A program made the translations under genes and the position numbers. From positions 6,200,001-6,264,000 of the forward strand of contig NC_083277.1 in assembly GCF_963506605.1 (NCBI RefSeq): a stretch of 64,000 bases of DNA, given 5' to 3'. The notes beneath the pieces were generated by a model, which ran no database searches, was not told where the DNA came from, and saw only the letters and a program-made list of their open reading frames with translations. Shown here in pieces: positions 22,380 to 37,091 of this stretch (position 1 is the stretch's first letter; each line of letters begins with the position of its first letter). Source of the DNA: Zootoca vivipara (taxonomy: Eukaryota).

Positions 22380-22620
22380 GCAATAATTGCAAAGCAGTTG
22401 GCGGGCAGCGGAGGGAGGGAGAGAGGGAGAGGCAGCCTGGTCCTCCAGAGGCTTCCTAGAGAGGCAGGAAGTTCTGAAAGTGAGGTTGAGGTGGGGGGAG
22501 ACAATAGGGAGCCCCCATTCCCTGGTCCTTCCAGGCAGGGAAGGAGGAGGCCTGGTGACATTCCTTGGCCAGGAGGGGGAGGCTCAGGAGGAAGACATGG
22601 TGCGGGCAGGTATCCTGCAT
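22380..22620 (+). promoter_or_regulatory. Probable promoter/first exon of ZNF-3
   Basis: GC-rich; GCTTCCTAGAGAGGCAGGAAGT motif shared with the other promoters; candidate donors near 22480 and 22610. Confidence 0.45.
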
Positions 22621-22791
22621 GGGGAGAGCAAGAATTGGCCTTTTTTTCTTGGGGGGGGGGGGCACACACATAAGATTTCCTTCCTATTGAAATCGCACAC
22701 ACAAAAAATTAAAAAATTGGGAGGGGGGGGTCTGACCTCTGCAACCCAGCTGCAAAAACGGGATGCCTTTGCAATGCTTCAGTTGTTGTTA

Positions 22792-22929
22792 GGGTAGCTC
22801 AGCTGGTTGGAGCATGGAGTTGACAGACAGCAGGTTCGATCCCTTTGGGGGGCCGCTGCAGATTTCTGCATTGCAAGGGGGTTGGGCTAGATGACCCTGC
22901 CGACCCCTTCCAACTCTACGGTTCTATGA
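22792..22929 (+). mobile_element. tRNA-head/CR1-tail SINE (Squam2-like)
   Basis: A-box TAGCTCAGCTGG, B-box GGTTCGATCCC, CR1 tail; related copies clustered at 55894-56460. Confidence 0.65.
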
Positions 22930-23318
22930 CCCACTTTTCTCCCACTACCACCAATCCAGCAGCAGCATCTTCCATGGGAGATGGGGAGACCCTCTGTTTG
23001 CAGAGGAAGCAGCATGGACGGAGGGTGTGTGTGGAGAAAGGACGTCCCTCATCGCTAAATATAAAAAGTAGGATTATCCAGTTGCAAATAGCTTCCTTTT
23101 TGCCCCAGAATGCATTGACTGCATTGCAAGATCTTCCTCCCTCTCTTTCTCTCTCTCTCTCTCCCCTCTCAGAGCTCTGTCCAATCTCTGTAGGTGCTGC
23201 AGAGGAAAGTGCCTCTTACAGGGAGAAGCTGTTTTTTCACAACAGGGACTTCCAAGGGAAACAGACACACAGAATTAAAAACAGCAACAGCAACTATCCT
23301 TCTTTGTCTCCCTTCCAG

Positions 23319-23402
23319 GCGGCAGGAAAAGCCCCAGCGACACCTTCTGGGTCTCCTCCTCTTTACAGTGAAGTGGGAAGAGACTCTACGCAGCCAGCTC
23401 AA
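23319..23402 (+). CDS. ZNF-3 pre-KRAB linker exon 1 (AAGKAPATPSGSPPLYSEVGRDSTQPAQ); start codon not resolved
   Basis: ccttccag| acceptor and CAA|gtaagg donor, phase 0; paralogous to exons 26880 and 47388 but 84 nt rather than 83. Confidence 0.6.
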
Positions 23403-24456
23403 GTAAGGGATTTGCCGGGGGTGGGGGTGGGGGGACGGACTGACTTTGTGGGCTTATTTTTATGGGATGCATCTCTGAAGACCCTTGCCATGCTTTTAAA
23501 GCACATGCCCTTCCCTTGAGTTCTATGGGTGCCAAATGTCCAGGCCATATTACCTTTATTTATTTAATTTATTATTATTATTATTATTATTACCCTGCCC
23601 ATCTGACTGGGTTGCCCCAGTTGGAAGGCACTAGTGAATTATTCCACTAGTTTGCTCACCTGGACCTTTTGAACCACAGCAACCCCCCCCCAAAAAGAAA
23701 CCCAAATCGTTATCGTTATCCTTATTTTCATCAAAACCTCCCTCTCCTCCCCTTGCCTTCTGTGGCAGGAAGATGTCAAGACTGCCCAATGTAAATCCTG
23801 GGCAGTTTTGCTCAGAAAACGGCCCATATGTTGCCAGGCCACGTACAAGGTTATTGTCATTAATTTACAAGGCTGCTTTATCCCTTATATCTCTGCTTGA
23901 CCACTGAAGTCCTCAGGGGAGCCACTGAGGCGTTCCCCCTGACTTGGATGTGTGGCTCGGATCCACCAGAATTACAGGCCCAATCATGTGGAAATCCCTT
24001 GCAATTGAGGACAGAGTAGAACTCCTTCCCTGTTTTGGCACTTAACTGAATACTTTTTTTATTCCAGCAGGTTTTTTTAAAAAAAAAATTGAACTCCTGA
24101 CTGTATAGTTTTAATTCATGTTTTAGTCTTGTTGCATCTGACGACTGATATAGTGGTATGCGATATAGTGGTAAAAACATCCAACAACAGAAACGATTTC
24201 TCTACAATTTCTTATTAAACAATTAAAAATGATTGCATTTCAGACACAGTGACAGATAGGCCTCCCATCAACTCCTTTTGCGCAATGAATGGTTTCTGCT
24301 TCTACGTGGATAAGTGAGTCGAGACCTCCCCAGGCGTAGAGCGAAAGAAGCTGGGGTGAAATCGTACCGAGGACTAGTTAGCAGGATCAGGTCAAACAGG
24401 GGCAGATAAGCAGAACACTTATTTGAACCAGTTGCAGCTTAATCACACAGTGTATA

Positions 24457-25041
24457 TTGTGGTACCTTGGTTCTCAAACTTAATCCATTCCGGATATCCG
24501 TTCCAAAACCAAAGCGTTCCATAACCAAGGCACGCTTTCCCATAGAAAGTAATGCAAAACGGATTAATCCGTTCCAGACTTTTAAAACCAACCTCTAAAA
24601 CAGCAATTTAACATGATTTGAGGTCTTTAAGCAGAGGCTTGACAGCCATATGCCAAGAATGTTTTGGTGGTGTTTCCTGCTTGGCAGGGGGTTGGACTGG
24701 ATGGCCCTTGTGGTCTCTTCCAACTCTATGATTCTATGAATTTTACTATCTAATGAGACCATTGATCCATAAAATGAAAGCAATAAACAATGTACTGCAG
24801 TCATACAATCAATCAGTAGCTGAATTGGGTTCCACACAGTCATAAAAACAAACAAAAAAGAGCCACAGCGTAACACTCAAAATGGAAGCATAAATCTCAA
24901 AACAGAAGTGTGGCATTCAAATCAGAAGCGTAACACTTAAAACGGAGCATCTTCAGCCTCCAAAAAAAGTCTGCAAACCGAAACACTTACTTCTGAGTTT
25001 GCAGTGTTTGGGTTCCAAGTTGTTTGAGTAAGGTACCACTG
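24457..25041. mobile_element. Tigger-type non-autonomous element with internal CR1 fragment (~24615-24740)
   Basis: GTGGTACCTTGG...AAGGTACCACTG-TA ends. Confidence 0.7.
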
Positions 25042-25523
25042 TAGTATCTTTTGAGTTGCATGCATTGCTTCCCCGTCTTCTGACTCTCCTTCCTTGGAGG
25101 TTTTTAAGCAGAGTCTTGGATGCTTTAGCTGAGATTCTTGCATTGCAGGGGGTTGGACTAGATAAGCCTTGGAGTCTCTTCCAACCCTAAGATTATATGA
25201 TTCTATGAATAACATAAGAGACCTGCTGGATCAGGCCCCTCTAGTCCAATATATCGTTCCTGCAGTGACCAACCAGATTTCTCGAGGGGAAGCGCAGAAT
25301 CAGGACCTGAGTGCAACAGCGCTTTCCCGCTGCTCTTGAATCCCAGTTCCCGGGAATCCCAAGTGAATCTGCTTTCAAGTCCTGCTTCCTACACACATCT
25401 GGTTGGCCACTGTAAGACCAGGATGCTGGACTAGATGGGCCTTTGGCCAGGTCACGTCTGCTCACCTGTCCGACTGCCTGTTTTTTGTATGTGTGATGAG
25501 ACATATCTTCTTTTCCACTTTAG

Positions 25524-25679
<156 letters not shown>

Positions 25680-26253
25680 TAGACACTAATGTTTTTATCT
25701 GTTTACAATTTATTTGTAAATATCCAGCAAACCATTTCCATTCTTTTATAAAAAAAAGTTTGTTATCTTGATATCTTATTCTTCACCATTTCTGCATATT
25801 CCCTGGGTTTTTGTATCCATTCTTCCTTTACTGCTTCTTTTCACTTTTGGGCAAGTAACATTCTTGCTGCTGTAGTAGCATACATGAATAAATTTCTACA
25901 CAATTTAGGTAGTTCTGTCCCTATAATTCCCTCCATTCCTGCTCCGTCTTCTGCTTCTGGACTGCTCTCTGCCACAGCGTCCTCCTGCTCACTAAGCTCT
26001 GTCACCTCTTCAGCTTCCGACACCTCCTCCTCCCAGTGTTCTCCCTCTGACCACCCAGCTTCGTTCCACCACCAATCCCTGAGCTCTCAGCCTTCTTCCC
26101 TTAGGGGGTTCCCCGACTGGTGCTTCCCAATATTTCTATTCATCCAATGATGGCACTACCTCTGTCTTAGGGGGCCAGTAACAGAACCAGTCTAGCCTGA
26201 AATGCTAGACTCCTAGAAGGAAAAAATGTTTTCTTCTTCTTCTTCCATTCAAG

Positions 26254-26334
26254 ATGGGCCTCTCATTCTTCAACCTCTTCTCATCAGCTGGTTGGAAGGA
26301 GAGGGAGAGCAATTTGACCCTGAGCGACTGGCAG
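26254..26334 (+). CDS. ZNF-3 KRAB-B-like exon 1 (DGPLILQPLLISWLEGEGEQFDPERLA)
   Basis: P.LIS.LE motif; phase 1-1 splice sites. Confidence 0.7.
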
Positions 26335-26879
26335 GTAGGTGCGAGGATTGTTCCCTGGGGCAAAGGTTGTTCCCTTGCCAGATCTGTGGTTTTGCTTTGT
26401 GTAACTCAGAATCGGTGCTTTTTTTCTTTCCTTAAAAAAATGTTTAGAGGTGCACTCATTTTGACTCAATAAAATCACCATTTTATAGTTCAAATTGGGG
26501 GAAATAAATACAGTAAATGGAGAAAAGTGCAAAGAACATGCATTACCTCATATTACACAGCTGACAGCTCCCAGTAACACATCTACATTCCACTGCTCAG
26601 AATAGCCTGAGGCTAGATGCCTTGACACCCATCGTGGATGGTTTTCACCCACTTTGATTCCTCACAAAATCAAGGTGGGGGCGGCATTGCAGGGGGTTGG
26701 ACCTAGATGCCCATTTGAGTCCCTTTCATCTCCACAAGGCTACGATTTCATGAATTGTGAATCAAACCCAGAATCATGGCTTGCATCTCCCAAGACAAGC
26801 AGGATAACGTGGTTGCCGTGCAAGGAAGCGGCATGGAAAATATTATCCTGCCATCTTTTTTCTCTCGTCGCCCTTGCAG

Positions 26880-26962
26880 GTGGAGCGGAAACCTCCATGA
26901 CGTGGTCAAGGCTCTCGCTTCTTTGTGGCCGGGTGGAAAGAGCCGTTCTGCCCTCATCTCAG
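26880..26962 (+). CDS. ZNF-3 pre-KRAB linker exon 2 (GGAETSMTWSRLSLLCGRVERAVLPSSQ)
   Basis: 83 nt, ttgcag| and CAG|gtaagc, phase 1-0. Confidence 0.8.
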
Positions 26963-27496
26963 GTAAGCAGGGCTCCTCCTCTCTGTGACAGAGGTGATCC
27001 AGGCAAAGGTTGCTCCCAGGGTAAAAATAAATGATTTTTAAAAATAAAAAATTTGGAATTTTAAAAAATAAAAAAATCAGATTTTTAAAATTTTAAATCA
27101 GATTTTTAAAATTTAAATTGGATTTTTAAAATAAAATGCTTTTGGAGGGAAAATCTTTCTAAAGATAGTTTTCTACAGTATTTAAGTTACATTATAGTCC
27201 AAAGGCTATTCATCAGGAAATAAGGATTTGATTTAAGTTTTTCATGTGTGTTAAAACTCAGTCTAAGTGTTTTTTTATTGTTTAACCACATCAGTTAACA
27301 AACATGGATACATATGCTATAATGTTATTGTTTTAGTTAAATGAATTGTTTAAATTGTTATTAAGGAAATGGTTATTTAGGAAATGATCATTTTTCTCCT
27401 TCTAATAAAGTATAGCAGAAAGGTTGTCCAAATATAAACAGTTAACTTGATTAAACCTCACAATAATTTCATAATTATCTGTCTATGTATATAGTA

Positions 27497-30400
27497 CTAG
27501 CTGACCCGGCCACGCGTTGCTGTGGGTCTTTCCTGTGATCCCCCCCCACCCTGTCCTGATCCATGACGTATCTTGCCCCTCCTCCCTCCACCCCGGCTCA
27601 TCCCTGTGTTTTGGTAGGATATCCTTTCATCTGTTGTCCTTGGGGAGTGTTGGCCCCTCCCCCATGTATCTCCATACCTTGGCCCCCACCCTTGGAGAAG
27701 GAACTGTTAGGTTCTGGGTTTTATTTCCCAGTATGCACTTCTGTCTGAGGCCTCTGTTGTCCGTGGGGAGTCTTGGCCCCTATCCCCGGTATCTTACTAC
27801 ATTGGCCCCCAGCCTTGGAGAAGGAGCTGTCAGTTTCTGGGTTCCATTTCCCAGTATTTACTTTTGTCTGAGCCCTCTGTTGTCCCCTCCCCCCTGTATC
27901 TTCATACATTGCCCCCTGTGCACGGATCGTGAACATTTCTGTATATTTAGATTAAGGATGGGGGGTGATGATGTGTCCTGGGACGCAGAGAACTACTTAA
28001 AAAATCCCGAGGGGGGGGGGTTAAATAGCGAAGGCGTATAGTCCCGTAGCAAGAGATAGGCCCAGATAGAAGGAGGGGGGGTCATATGGGCCACTTGGCG
28101 CGGGTCTCCGAATCTAAAGGGGGTCTCGGTCTGCATATTGACAATTAGTAAAATGAAAAAAGTTAGAAAAGGGTTAAAAGCAGGGCCACATTATCTTATC
28201 TACGGTTTTAGATTCCTTTTTGGATTGGTGTAGTTGTAGTTTTCGTGAAGGTAGTTTATCCTGGGGTTGTCCTGGGTAGAAATGGATGTTGGAGTGATGT
28301 GCAAGTAAAAGGTGGGAGGAGGGTATGAGATCCGAAAAGAATTTTAAATATTCAGAAGGTAAAAAGTTATGTTGTTGTGGGTAGAGATATGGTATCCTAC
28401 CTTTAGAGTTCTTTTTGGATTGGTGGAGTTGTAGTTTTGGGTGAAGGTAGTTCATGCTGGGGTTGTCCTGGATATTTGGTAGGTAGAAATGGATGTTGGA
28501 TTGATCTGTAAGTAAAAGGTGGGAAGTGGGTATATGATCCGAAAAGAATTGTAAATATTAGGAAGTTAAGAAGTAATGTTGTTGGGGGTAGAGATGTGGC
28601 ATCCTACCTTTAGAGTCATTTTTGGATTGGTGGAGTTGTAGTTTTGGTGAAGGTAGTTTATGCTGGGGTTGTCCTGGATATTTGTCAGGTAGAAATGGAT
28701 GTTGGATTGATCTGCAAGTTAAAGGTGGGAAATGGGTATATGATCCGAAAAGAATTGTAAATATTAGGAAGTTAAGAAGTCATGTTGCTGGGGGTAGAGA
28801 TGTGGCATCCTACCTTTAGAGTCTTTTTTGGATTGGTTGAGTTGTAGTTTTGGTGAAGGTAGTTTATCTTGGGGTTGTCCTGGATATTTGTCAGGTAGAA
28901 ATGGATGTTGGATTGATCTGCAAGTAAAGGGTGTGAGGTTGTTATAAGATAGTAAAGGAATTGTAAATATTCAGAAGTTAAGAAGTTATGTTGCTGGGGG
29001 TAGAGATGTGGTATCCTACCTTTAGAGTTGGTTTTGAGTTGGTGGAGTTGCAGTTTTGGTGAAGGTAGTTTATACTGGGGTTGTCCTGGAACTGTAGCAG
29101 GTGTGAATGGATGCTGGAGTTGTCTGTAAATAAGTTTTGTTTTGTTTTTTATTGTAGAAGTCGAAGGATGGTGTTGGAGAGGTTTATAGGACTTTGTTTA
29201 TGAGGGGATTTTGAGAGGGGAAGTATTTGACGAAGGTAAGAGGGAATGGATCGGAGGATGGTGGGGTAGGAGGTCATTAAGGTTGCGGAAAGCTTTTGAG
29301 GGGTTTTGGGGTGGGTGTGATTATGAGAGGGAAAGAATCGTAGGATGTTGTTGGAGAGGTTTGGAGGATGTAATTGAGTAGGGGATGAAGAGGGAGAAAA
29401 GCGTTCATAAGAGTATGTTGGGGGGGTTGAGAGGGAAATGTAGAGAGGACGGTGAGAGGGACCGATCGGAGGATGGTGGTTTGGTGTTTCTGAAGAAGGT
29501 GGAAAGACTCTGAGTGTCTGGGGTGGGGTGTTATTGTGAGAGGGGATGGATTGGAGGAATGTGTTGGAGACGTTAGGAGGAACTTGTAATGGAGTGGATA
29601 AATAAGAAGGAAATTGTTTTTGAGGGGTTTGGGGGGTGTTTGTGAGAGGATAAAGGATCACAGGACGGTGGTTATTAGGGTCGGAAGATGGAGGAAAAGT
29701 TTGGAGGCTGTGGGGGGGGGAGTGTGAGTGTGAGAGGGGAAAGATCGGTAGAAGGATAAGAGGCAGCGGATCGGAGTACGATGTTAGAGATGTTAGGATA
29801 ATTACGAAGGAAAGTTTTTTTGAGGGCCTGTGGGGGTGTGTGATTTTGAGAGGGGAAAGGATCGCAGGACGGTGAGTGGGAAGGTTTCGTAGGACGCTGG
29901 TTATTAGGGCCGGAAGATGGCGGATACGTTCGGAGGCCGTGGGGGGGGGTGTGAGAGGGGAAAGATCGGTAGAAGGATAAGAGGTAGCGGATCGGAGTAC
30001 GATGTTCGAGATGTTAGGATAATTACGAAGGAAAGTGTTTTTGAGGGCCTGTGGGGGTGTGTGTTTTTGAGAGGCCGAAGGATTGCAGGACGGTGAGTGG
30101 TTGTTAAGAGGGCTGCAAGATGGCGGATAGGGTCGGAGGGTGTGTGTGGGGGTTTGAGTGTGATAGGGGAAAGATCGGAGGAAGAATAAGAGGGAATGGA
30201 TAGGTGAGAGGATGAGGGAGTGTGAAAGGGAAAGGTATACTCCTCTTAGATTTTTGGACGTTGGTAGGATGTTAAGATGGCGGCGTTGTGTGTCTCCATT
30301 GAGGTCTTTGTGGGTGTGGCTTAGATTTCACAGGAAGGGAGGGGGTGTACTGTGGGAGAAATTCCACTTGAGGGCGCTGTTTGAGTTGGTGGAAAAGCGG

Positions 30401-30564
30401 GTCAAATCCTGTCAAGGTGTTTGATTTGAGGTTTATCATGGCCCCTACAACCCTCTGGGAGTGGCCAGGATCGCTGTGTCAAAATTTCAGGACGATTGGT
30501 CAAGCGGTTACGGAGAACATAGCGGCCGTAAATTTCAAGATTTTTACATTTTTATATATATAGA
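27497..30564 (-). mobile_element. Non-autonomous Helitron, family A (copy 2, 3.07 kb)
   Basis: Minus strand starts TCTATATATATAAAAATG and ends CCACAGCAACGCGTGG hairpin + CCGGGTCAGCTAG; A|T target. Confidence 0.9.
28199..29130. repeat. ~206-bp tandem repeat (~4.5 units) inside the Helitron
   Basis: TCCTACCTTTAGAGT recurs at 28395, 28602, 28808, 29014. Confidence 0.9.
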
Positions 30565-31051
30565 TGACCAAATCAGTAATTTTTTATATAACTGTAACAA
30601 CTACTCTAGAAATTTATTATTCGAAAAATGAAATCTTCCACCTGGTTGTAAGTATTAAGATTATACCAGCAAGAATGAGTCTTTCTGTAAAAAAAAATGA
30701 TTTACGGTAAATCAAGTCTTACTGGCTAGTGCTTTAAATCGTGATTTGAATCGTGATTTTAAACAATTTGATTTAAATTGAATCCACACTGGTTGCTCCT
30801 CCCATTTGCTCCTGAGGCGGGGCTATGTGAGTGGCCCAACCAATCAGAGCAGGCCACAAAGAGAAGGGCAATAGCCCCTTGGCACAAAACCTGGCAAGGA
30901 GATGCCAGCATCCTAGGTGGCAGATTTGTGGGGTGGGTTGGGTCCTCAAAGCAATTTCTTCCTCCTGCCTCTGCATGGATTCTTGTTTCAATTGGGTTCT
31001 TTATTTTTGCTAAGGGCACGAGGGGATCGCCCATCTGTTTGGTGCTGTTGA

Positions 31052-31243
<192 letters not shown>

Positions 31244-31452
31244 TAGTCCAACCCCCTGCAATGCAGGAATCTCAGCTTAAAGGATCCATTTTTCATCCAC
31301 CAACCCTCATCTGTTCTAGCAAGGATCCCGGAGGGCTATTTACAAACATGTGACCATGTGCCACAGCTGTACGAGGGCATCAGGCAGGGCTCCAAACGAT
31401 GCTTCATGGCTGTCCTTTGGAGATGGTGGAGCGGCCCAAGCTGGTATTTTTC

Positions 31453-32264
31453 ATATTAAATATTTTTATTAATTTTCCAATTAAAACCAATTATATCACA
31501 TTCAATATTTCAAATTATACACATATATATATCAATCAAACCGAATGTTATGCCAAATCATCTAAAGAATTTTTTATTTGGGTTCCCATGCTTCAAGAAA
31601 TTGGGAATTCCTCGCAACTGTCCACTGCCGTCTTTTTTCTAAAGTTCAAATCGTCCTCCAAGTTCATAATAATCCAGATCTTCCCCTTACAGTCACATAG
31701 ATGTATTCCACTTTCATCCGATTGTTTCCCAGCTGCTGAGATAAATATCAAACAAAGTTTCACAGATGTTCTTTCTCCTGTGTGAGTTAATCAGTCCAGC
31801 CTCCCCATAAATCTTCTTAATGGAGCTCCCTGTTGCGTCGAAGCAGCTCGAAGTAGCGCCATCTTGAAAAACTCAAATCACTTTCGTTTTCTCTCATAGC
31901 CATGAAGATTTACGATCATTATAGAATTTACAGCTTTTTCAGGCAGGAGACCCAAACATCAAACCATTAACTCTTGGTAAATTAATGGATCTCCTTGCCC
32001 TATAGCTGAACTTAGCTTCAGGTCGCTGCTCCAATTTAAAGTGCATCACAGCTCATAAATCCTCCGAACGCGTCCAGAACTTCTTCCGTCCGACTAGGGG
32101 GGGGCTTTTCTCATCGGCAACTCCACATCTTTAAAAAATATGCTCAGTAACAACAATTATAAAGTTCAACTCACACAGTCTTTTGCTTCTCTTTCACTCC
32201 AAACAAGCCAGGACATCGCGTCCAGGAAGGTACGAGGCAACAATATGAAGAAAAAAAAATAAAG
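31453..32264 (-). mobile_element. 812-bp non-coding retroposon with 17-bp TSD
   Basis: CCAAGCTGGTATTTTTC at 31436-31452 and 32265-32281; AATAAA near the minus-strand 3' end. Confidence 0.7.
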
Positions 32265-32737
32265 CCAAGCTGGTATTTTTCTCTTTGCTGGGCTTTTCCT
32301 TCATTTCATTTCATTTCACTTTTAATTTGTATACTTCCTTTATATATTGCTCTACGCAAGGCAGTTTACAAGCTGAAAAAACAGCAACATAGGCAGCAAA
32401 GATCCCACACATAATAACAATCTAACATACCAGGGCCTCAACTAGGGCCAGGGCCTTTTCAGTGTTGGCCCCGACTTGGTGGAACGGTCTCTCACAGGAG
32501 ACCAGCGCCCTGCGGGATTTGACATCTTTCCACAGGGCCTGTTCCGCCTGGCCTTTGGGTTTTGATTTGGGCCATTTTAAAATGAGGCTGCATTTTTAAA
32601 ACAAATTTTAAATCTAAATTGTATTTTAATCTGCATTTTAATCAATTGTTTTTCTTTCTTTTACGTTTTATTGTAACTTTATTGATGTCAGCCGCCCTGA
32701 GCCCGGCTCTCACTGGGAGGGCGGGGTATAAATAAAA

Positions 32738-32781
<44 letters not shown>

Positions 32782-32868
32782 TGATCCCACACAACAAGTC
32801 ACAGTAACATTAAAATAAACAGCTTATATCAATTTAAGCAATTTTCATTAATCCACTAGAATACAATA

Positions 32869-33268
32869 TTTTAATAAATATTTTTATTAGCTTTCAATAA
32901 CAATACTCCAGTATGCACTTCACTGTATCAATACCAAATTATAACATCAATTCCACTATCAATCAGTCAAATACTCAATTACATAATTTAAGTGGCCCTC
33001 CATGTGCTAGAATTGGAGGTTTGATACCGTACTTTAATTCTGCTTCCAAACTCTTATTTAATCCCATGACATTCCAATCATAATAATAATTTCTTATACA
33101 ACAGCTGCAATATTATTAACTTCCATTCATGTTAACACATTTAATAATTTGTAAGTCTGCCAGTGAAGATCAGTATTCTTATTTTTCCTGTGTGAGCTAT
33201 TTATTCAGTCCATATTTTCTTCATGTCCTTGCCAGCTGTTATGTCTATCTTGGTTGCTGCTGCTCTCT
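32869..33268 (-). mobile_element. 400-bp 5'-truncated retroposon with 18-bp TSD (related copy ~59955-60530)
   Basis: ATCCACTAGAATACAATA at 32851-32868 and 33269-33286; GTGCTAGAATTG..GGTTTGAT shared with the 60085 region. Confidence 0.7.
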
Positions 33269-33467
33269 ATCCACTAGAATACAATAGTAAACAGTAAAAA
33301 TAAATACTGACAAATATAACAGTTTACACTTATCAGTTACAAAAAAAAATTTCTAAACTATAACCAATAAAAATAGTGGCAAGTTGCAATGCATGAAATA
33401 CCACAAAACATACAAAGGATCCATGTGAAAGGTACAGTTTCTAATAATAATAATAAAAAAATTTATT

Positions 33468-34200
33468 ATCCCACGGTGGAGTCTACCTCTTCCCAAATCT
33501 GAGTGACTTTATCTGCAAAAAACTTTGCAAAATCGTTGCAGGAGATCATGTGGCCCTTACTGGGCCCCGATGGAGCAGGTGGTTCCACTAAACTGCGAAC
33601 CACCTGAAAGAGTCTCCTGCTGCTGTTTTCTGCAGATACAATAGAGGCGGTGAAGAAAGTCTTCTTCGATGTCGCTACCGCCATTTGATAGGCTCAACAT
33701 TGAGCTCTAACCCGTGTCCGGTCAGCTTCAGAATGAGTTATCCGCCACTGGTGCTCTAGCCATCTCAGTGATTGTTTCATTGCCCTCAGATCCATGGCAA
33801 ACCATGGTGCTGTCCGGGCTCCATGCAATCAGAGAGGGCGCTTTGGAGCCAGACAGTCAATAGCCCTGGTTAACTCCATATTCCAACGGGTCACCAGGGA
33901 ATCAGCTGAAAGGCCATCAACATGGGATAAAACACCCCCTACCACTCTCTGGAAACCATTTGGATCCATTAAGTGGCGGGGGCGGACCATCCGAATCGGT
34001 CCCACCTCCCTGCAGAGGGGAAGGGGATTGCTTGGGGAAAGCCCCGGAGAGGAAGAGACATAGATGGCTGTGAGGAGGCGGGGACTTTAGTCTCGGCAAC
34101 TGATTTCCATGGAGGAAGACCACATGGAGGAAGGAGCTGCTCTGCTCATTAGGCCTGACACACAGCCAAATCTGTGGAGATTGTGTTTTTGCTAACAAAG
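33468..34200 (-). mobile_element. L2-clade LINE ORF2 fragment
   Basis: KKTFFTASIVSAENSSRRLFQVVRSL...FAKFFADKV peptide. Confidence 0.7.
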
Positions 34201-34461
34201 AGTTAACTCCTACTTGGAACAGTGTGATTTACTGCTGGCTCGCTCTTTGACAGCAATGCAGATGCCCTACCACCAAGCTGTGCTCCTTCCCCTCCTGATA
34301 CCCGGTCTACTTGTTTATTCCTTTTTAAAAATCCATTGTCTTCATTCCATTTGCCCTTTGGGGTGGGGTGGAGGTACAAAACAGGCCACGTGGCCTGGGA
34401 TTTCTGGACACACAAGTGCCATAAATATTTGTTTTCTCTCTCTTTTCTTTATCCCATGAAG

Positions 34462-34578
34462 AAGGACCTCTGATGCACAAATCTGACCTTGTCTCCTGGC
34501 TGGAAGGAAAGGAAGAACTGCTGGCCTGGGAGTGGCCTGCAAAGAAGGAAGAGGGATTTTCCCAGGAAAAATTGACTG
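34462..34578 (+). CDS. ZNF-3 KRAB-B exon 2 (EGPLMHKSDLVSWLEGKEELLAWE...)
   Basis: K.DL.S.LE motif; aag acceptor, G|gtaggt donor, phase 1-1. Confidence 0.75.
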
Positions 34579-34785
34579 GTAGGTCCTCAGATTAAAAATA
34601 TCAATCAGAGAAAGATCTGCACCCGGTGAAATTGAGTGAGGGAATCAACCAGAAATGAATTTGTGCTATTCTCTCAGATATTGGCAAATGCAAAAGGTAA
34701 CCTAGCAGGGTGTGTAGACAGAAAAGGGAAGGATTTTGGAGACTGTGAAATAACAAAAGCAGCTAGTCCTCAGTTTCTGCCTTGA

Positions 34786-36378
<1,593 letters not shown>

Positions 36379-37091
36379 AAGATGAACAATGCAACTATTT
36401 GACTCTTGGGTGGGTGCTGTTTAGTCCCATAGCTTTGCAGCTTCCTGTGTTTGCTAGTAACAAAATTCGCCCCTTGCCTTCATCCTCTGCTCTTATTGTT
36501 GTCAAACGTTGCAGACAAGGGTGTGGCAAAGTGATGGCGGTTCTCTATTTCCTTTATATCTTGTTTTAAGAGGATTCTGTTGAGGCTCTGAGCAGGCTGT
36601 CCTCTGAAGGGAGGCTAAAGCAATTTTAAAACTGGAACAATTTTGGAGAACACTGAAAAAACCCTCCTATGACCTTTTTGCTTTGTTTTGGAACTCTTAA
36701 CGTGTAGTGGGGAGCCTTTCATGTAAGATAATCTACAGCGGGGAGTGATGGTTGTTGTTTGCCTTTATTGATTTTTGTATATTACAATAATAAACGTTTT
36801 TATAATACAATCATCATCTTCAATAGTTTATATTACATTTTTAAATCCTATATACAAAAGATAATTCACACCACAAAGTCCACTAAATAAAATTAAAAGG
36901 AAAAGAAAAAAATAAGAGAAAGAAAAAGAAAAACAGAAAAGAAAAAGAAAAACCAATTTCTCCAGATCTTAAATAAATCATCAAAGTAGACTTCCCATCA
37001 ATCCCCAATGTATATTCTTGTATTACAAATGAATGTACTCTATTTGCTATACATATCTTTATCTATTTTCTATTACATTCTTATAACAACA

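Larger units (their letters stand above)
27017..30791. mobile_element. AT-rich non-autonomous hAT element (hosts a Helitron)
   Basis: Perfect 8-bp TSD GTTGCTCC (27009-27016, 30792-30799); ends CAGGGT...ACACTG; GATTTAAAT subterminal repeats. Confidence 0.8.

Noticed and set aside
22387-22480. Possible SCAN-domain remnant (MQSSW...GFLERQE)
   Set aside because: Similarity too weak; the same DNA motif occurs at the other promoters and is better explained as regulatory.
28199-29130. CRISPR-like array
   Set aside because: Eukaryotic DNA; whole units repeat with no unique spacers and there are no cas genes.
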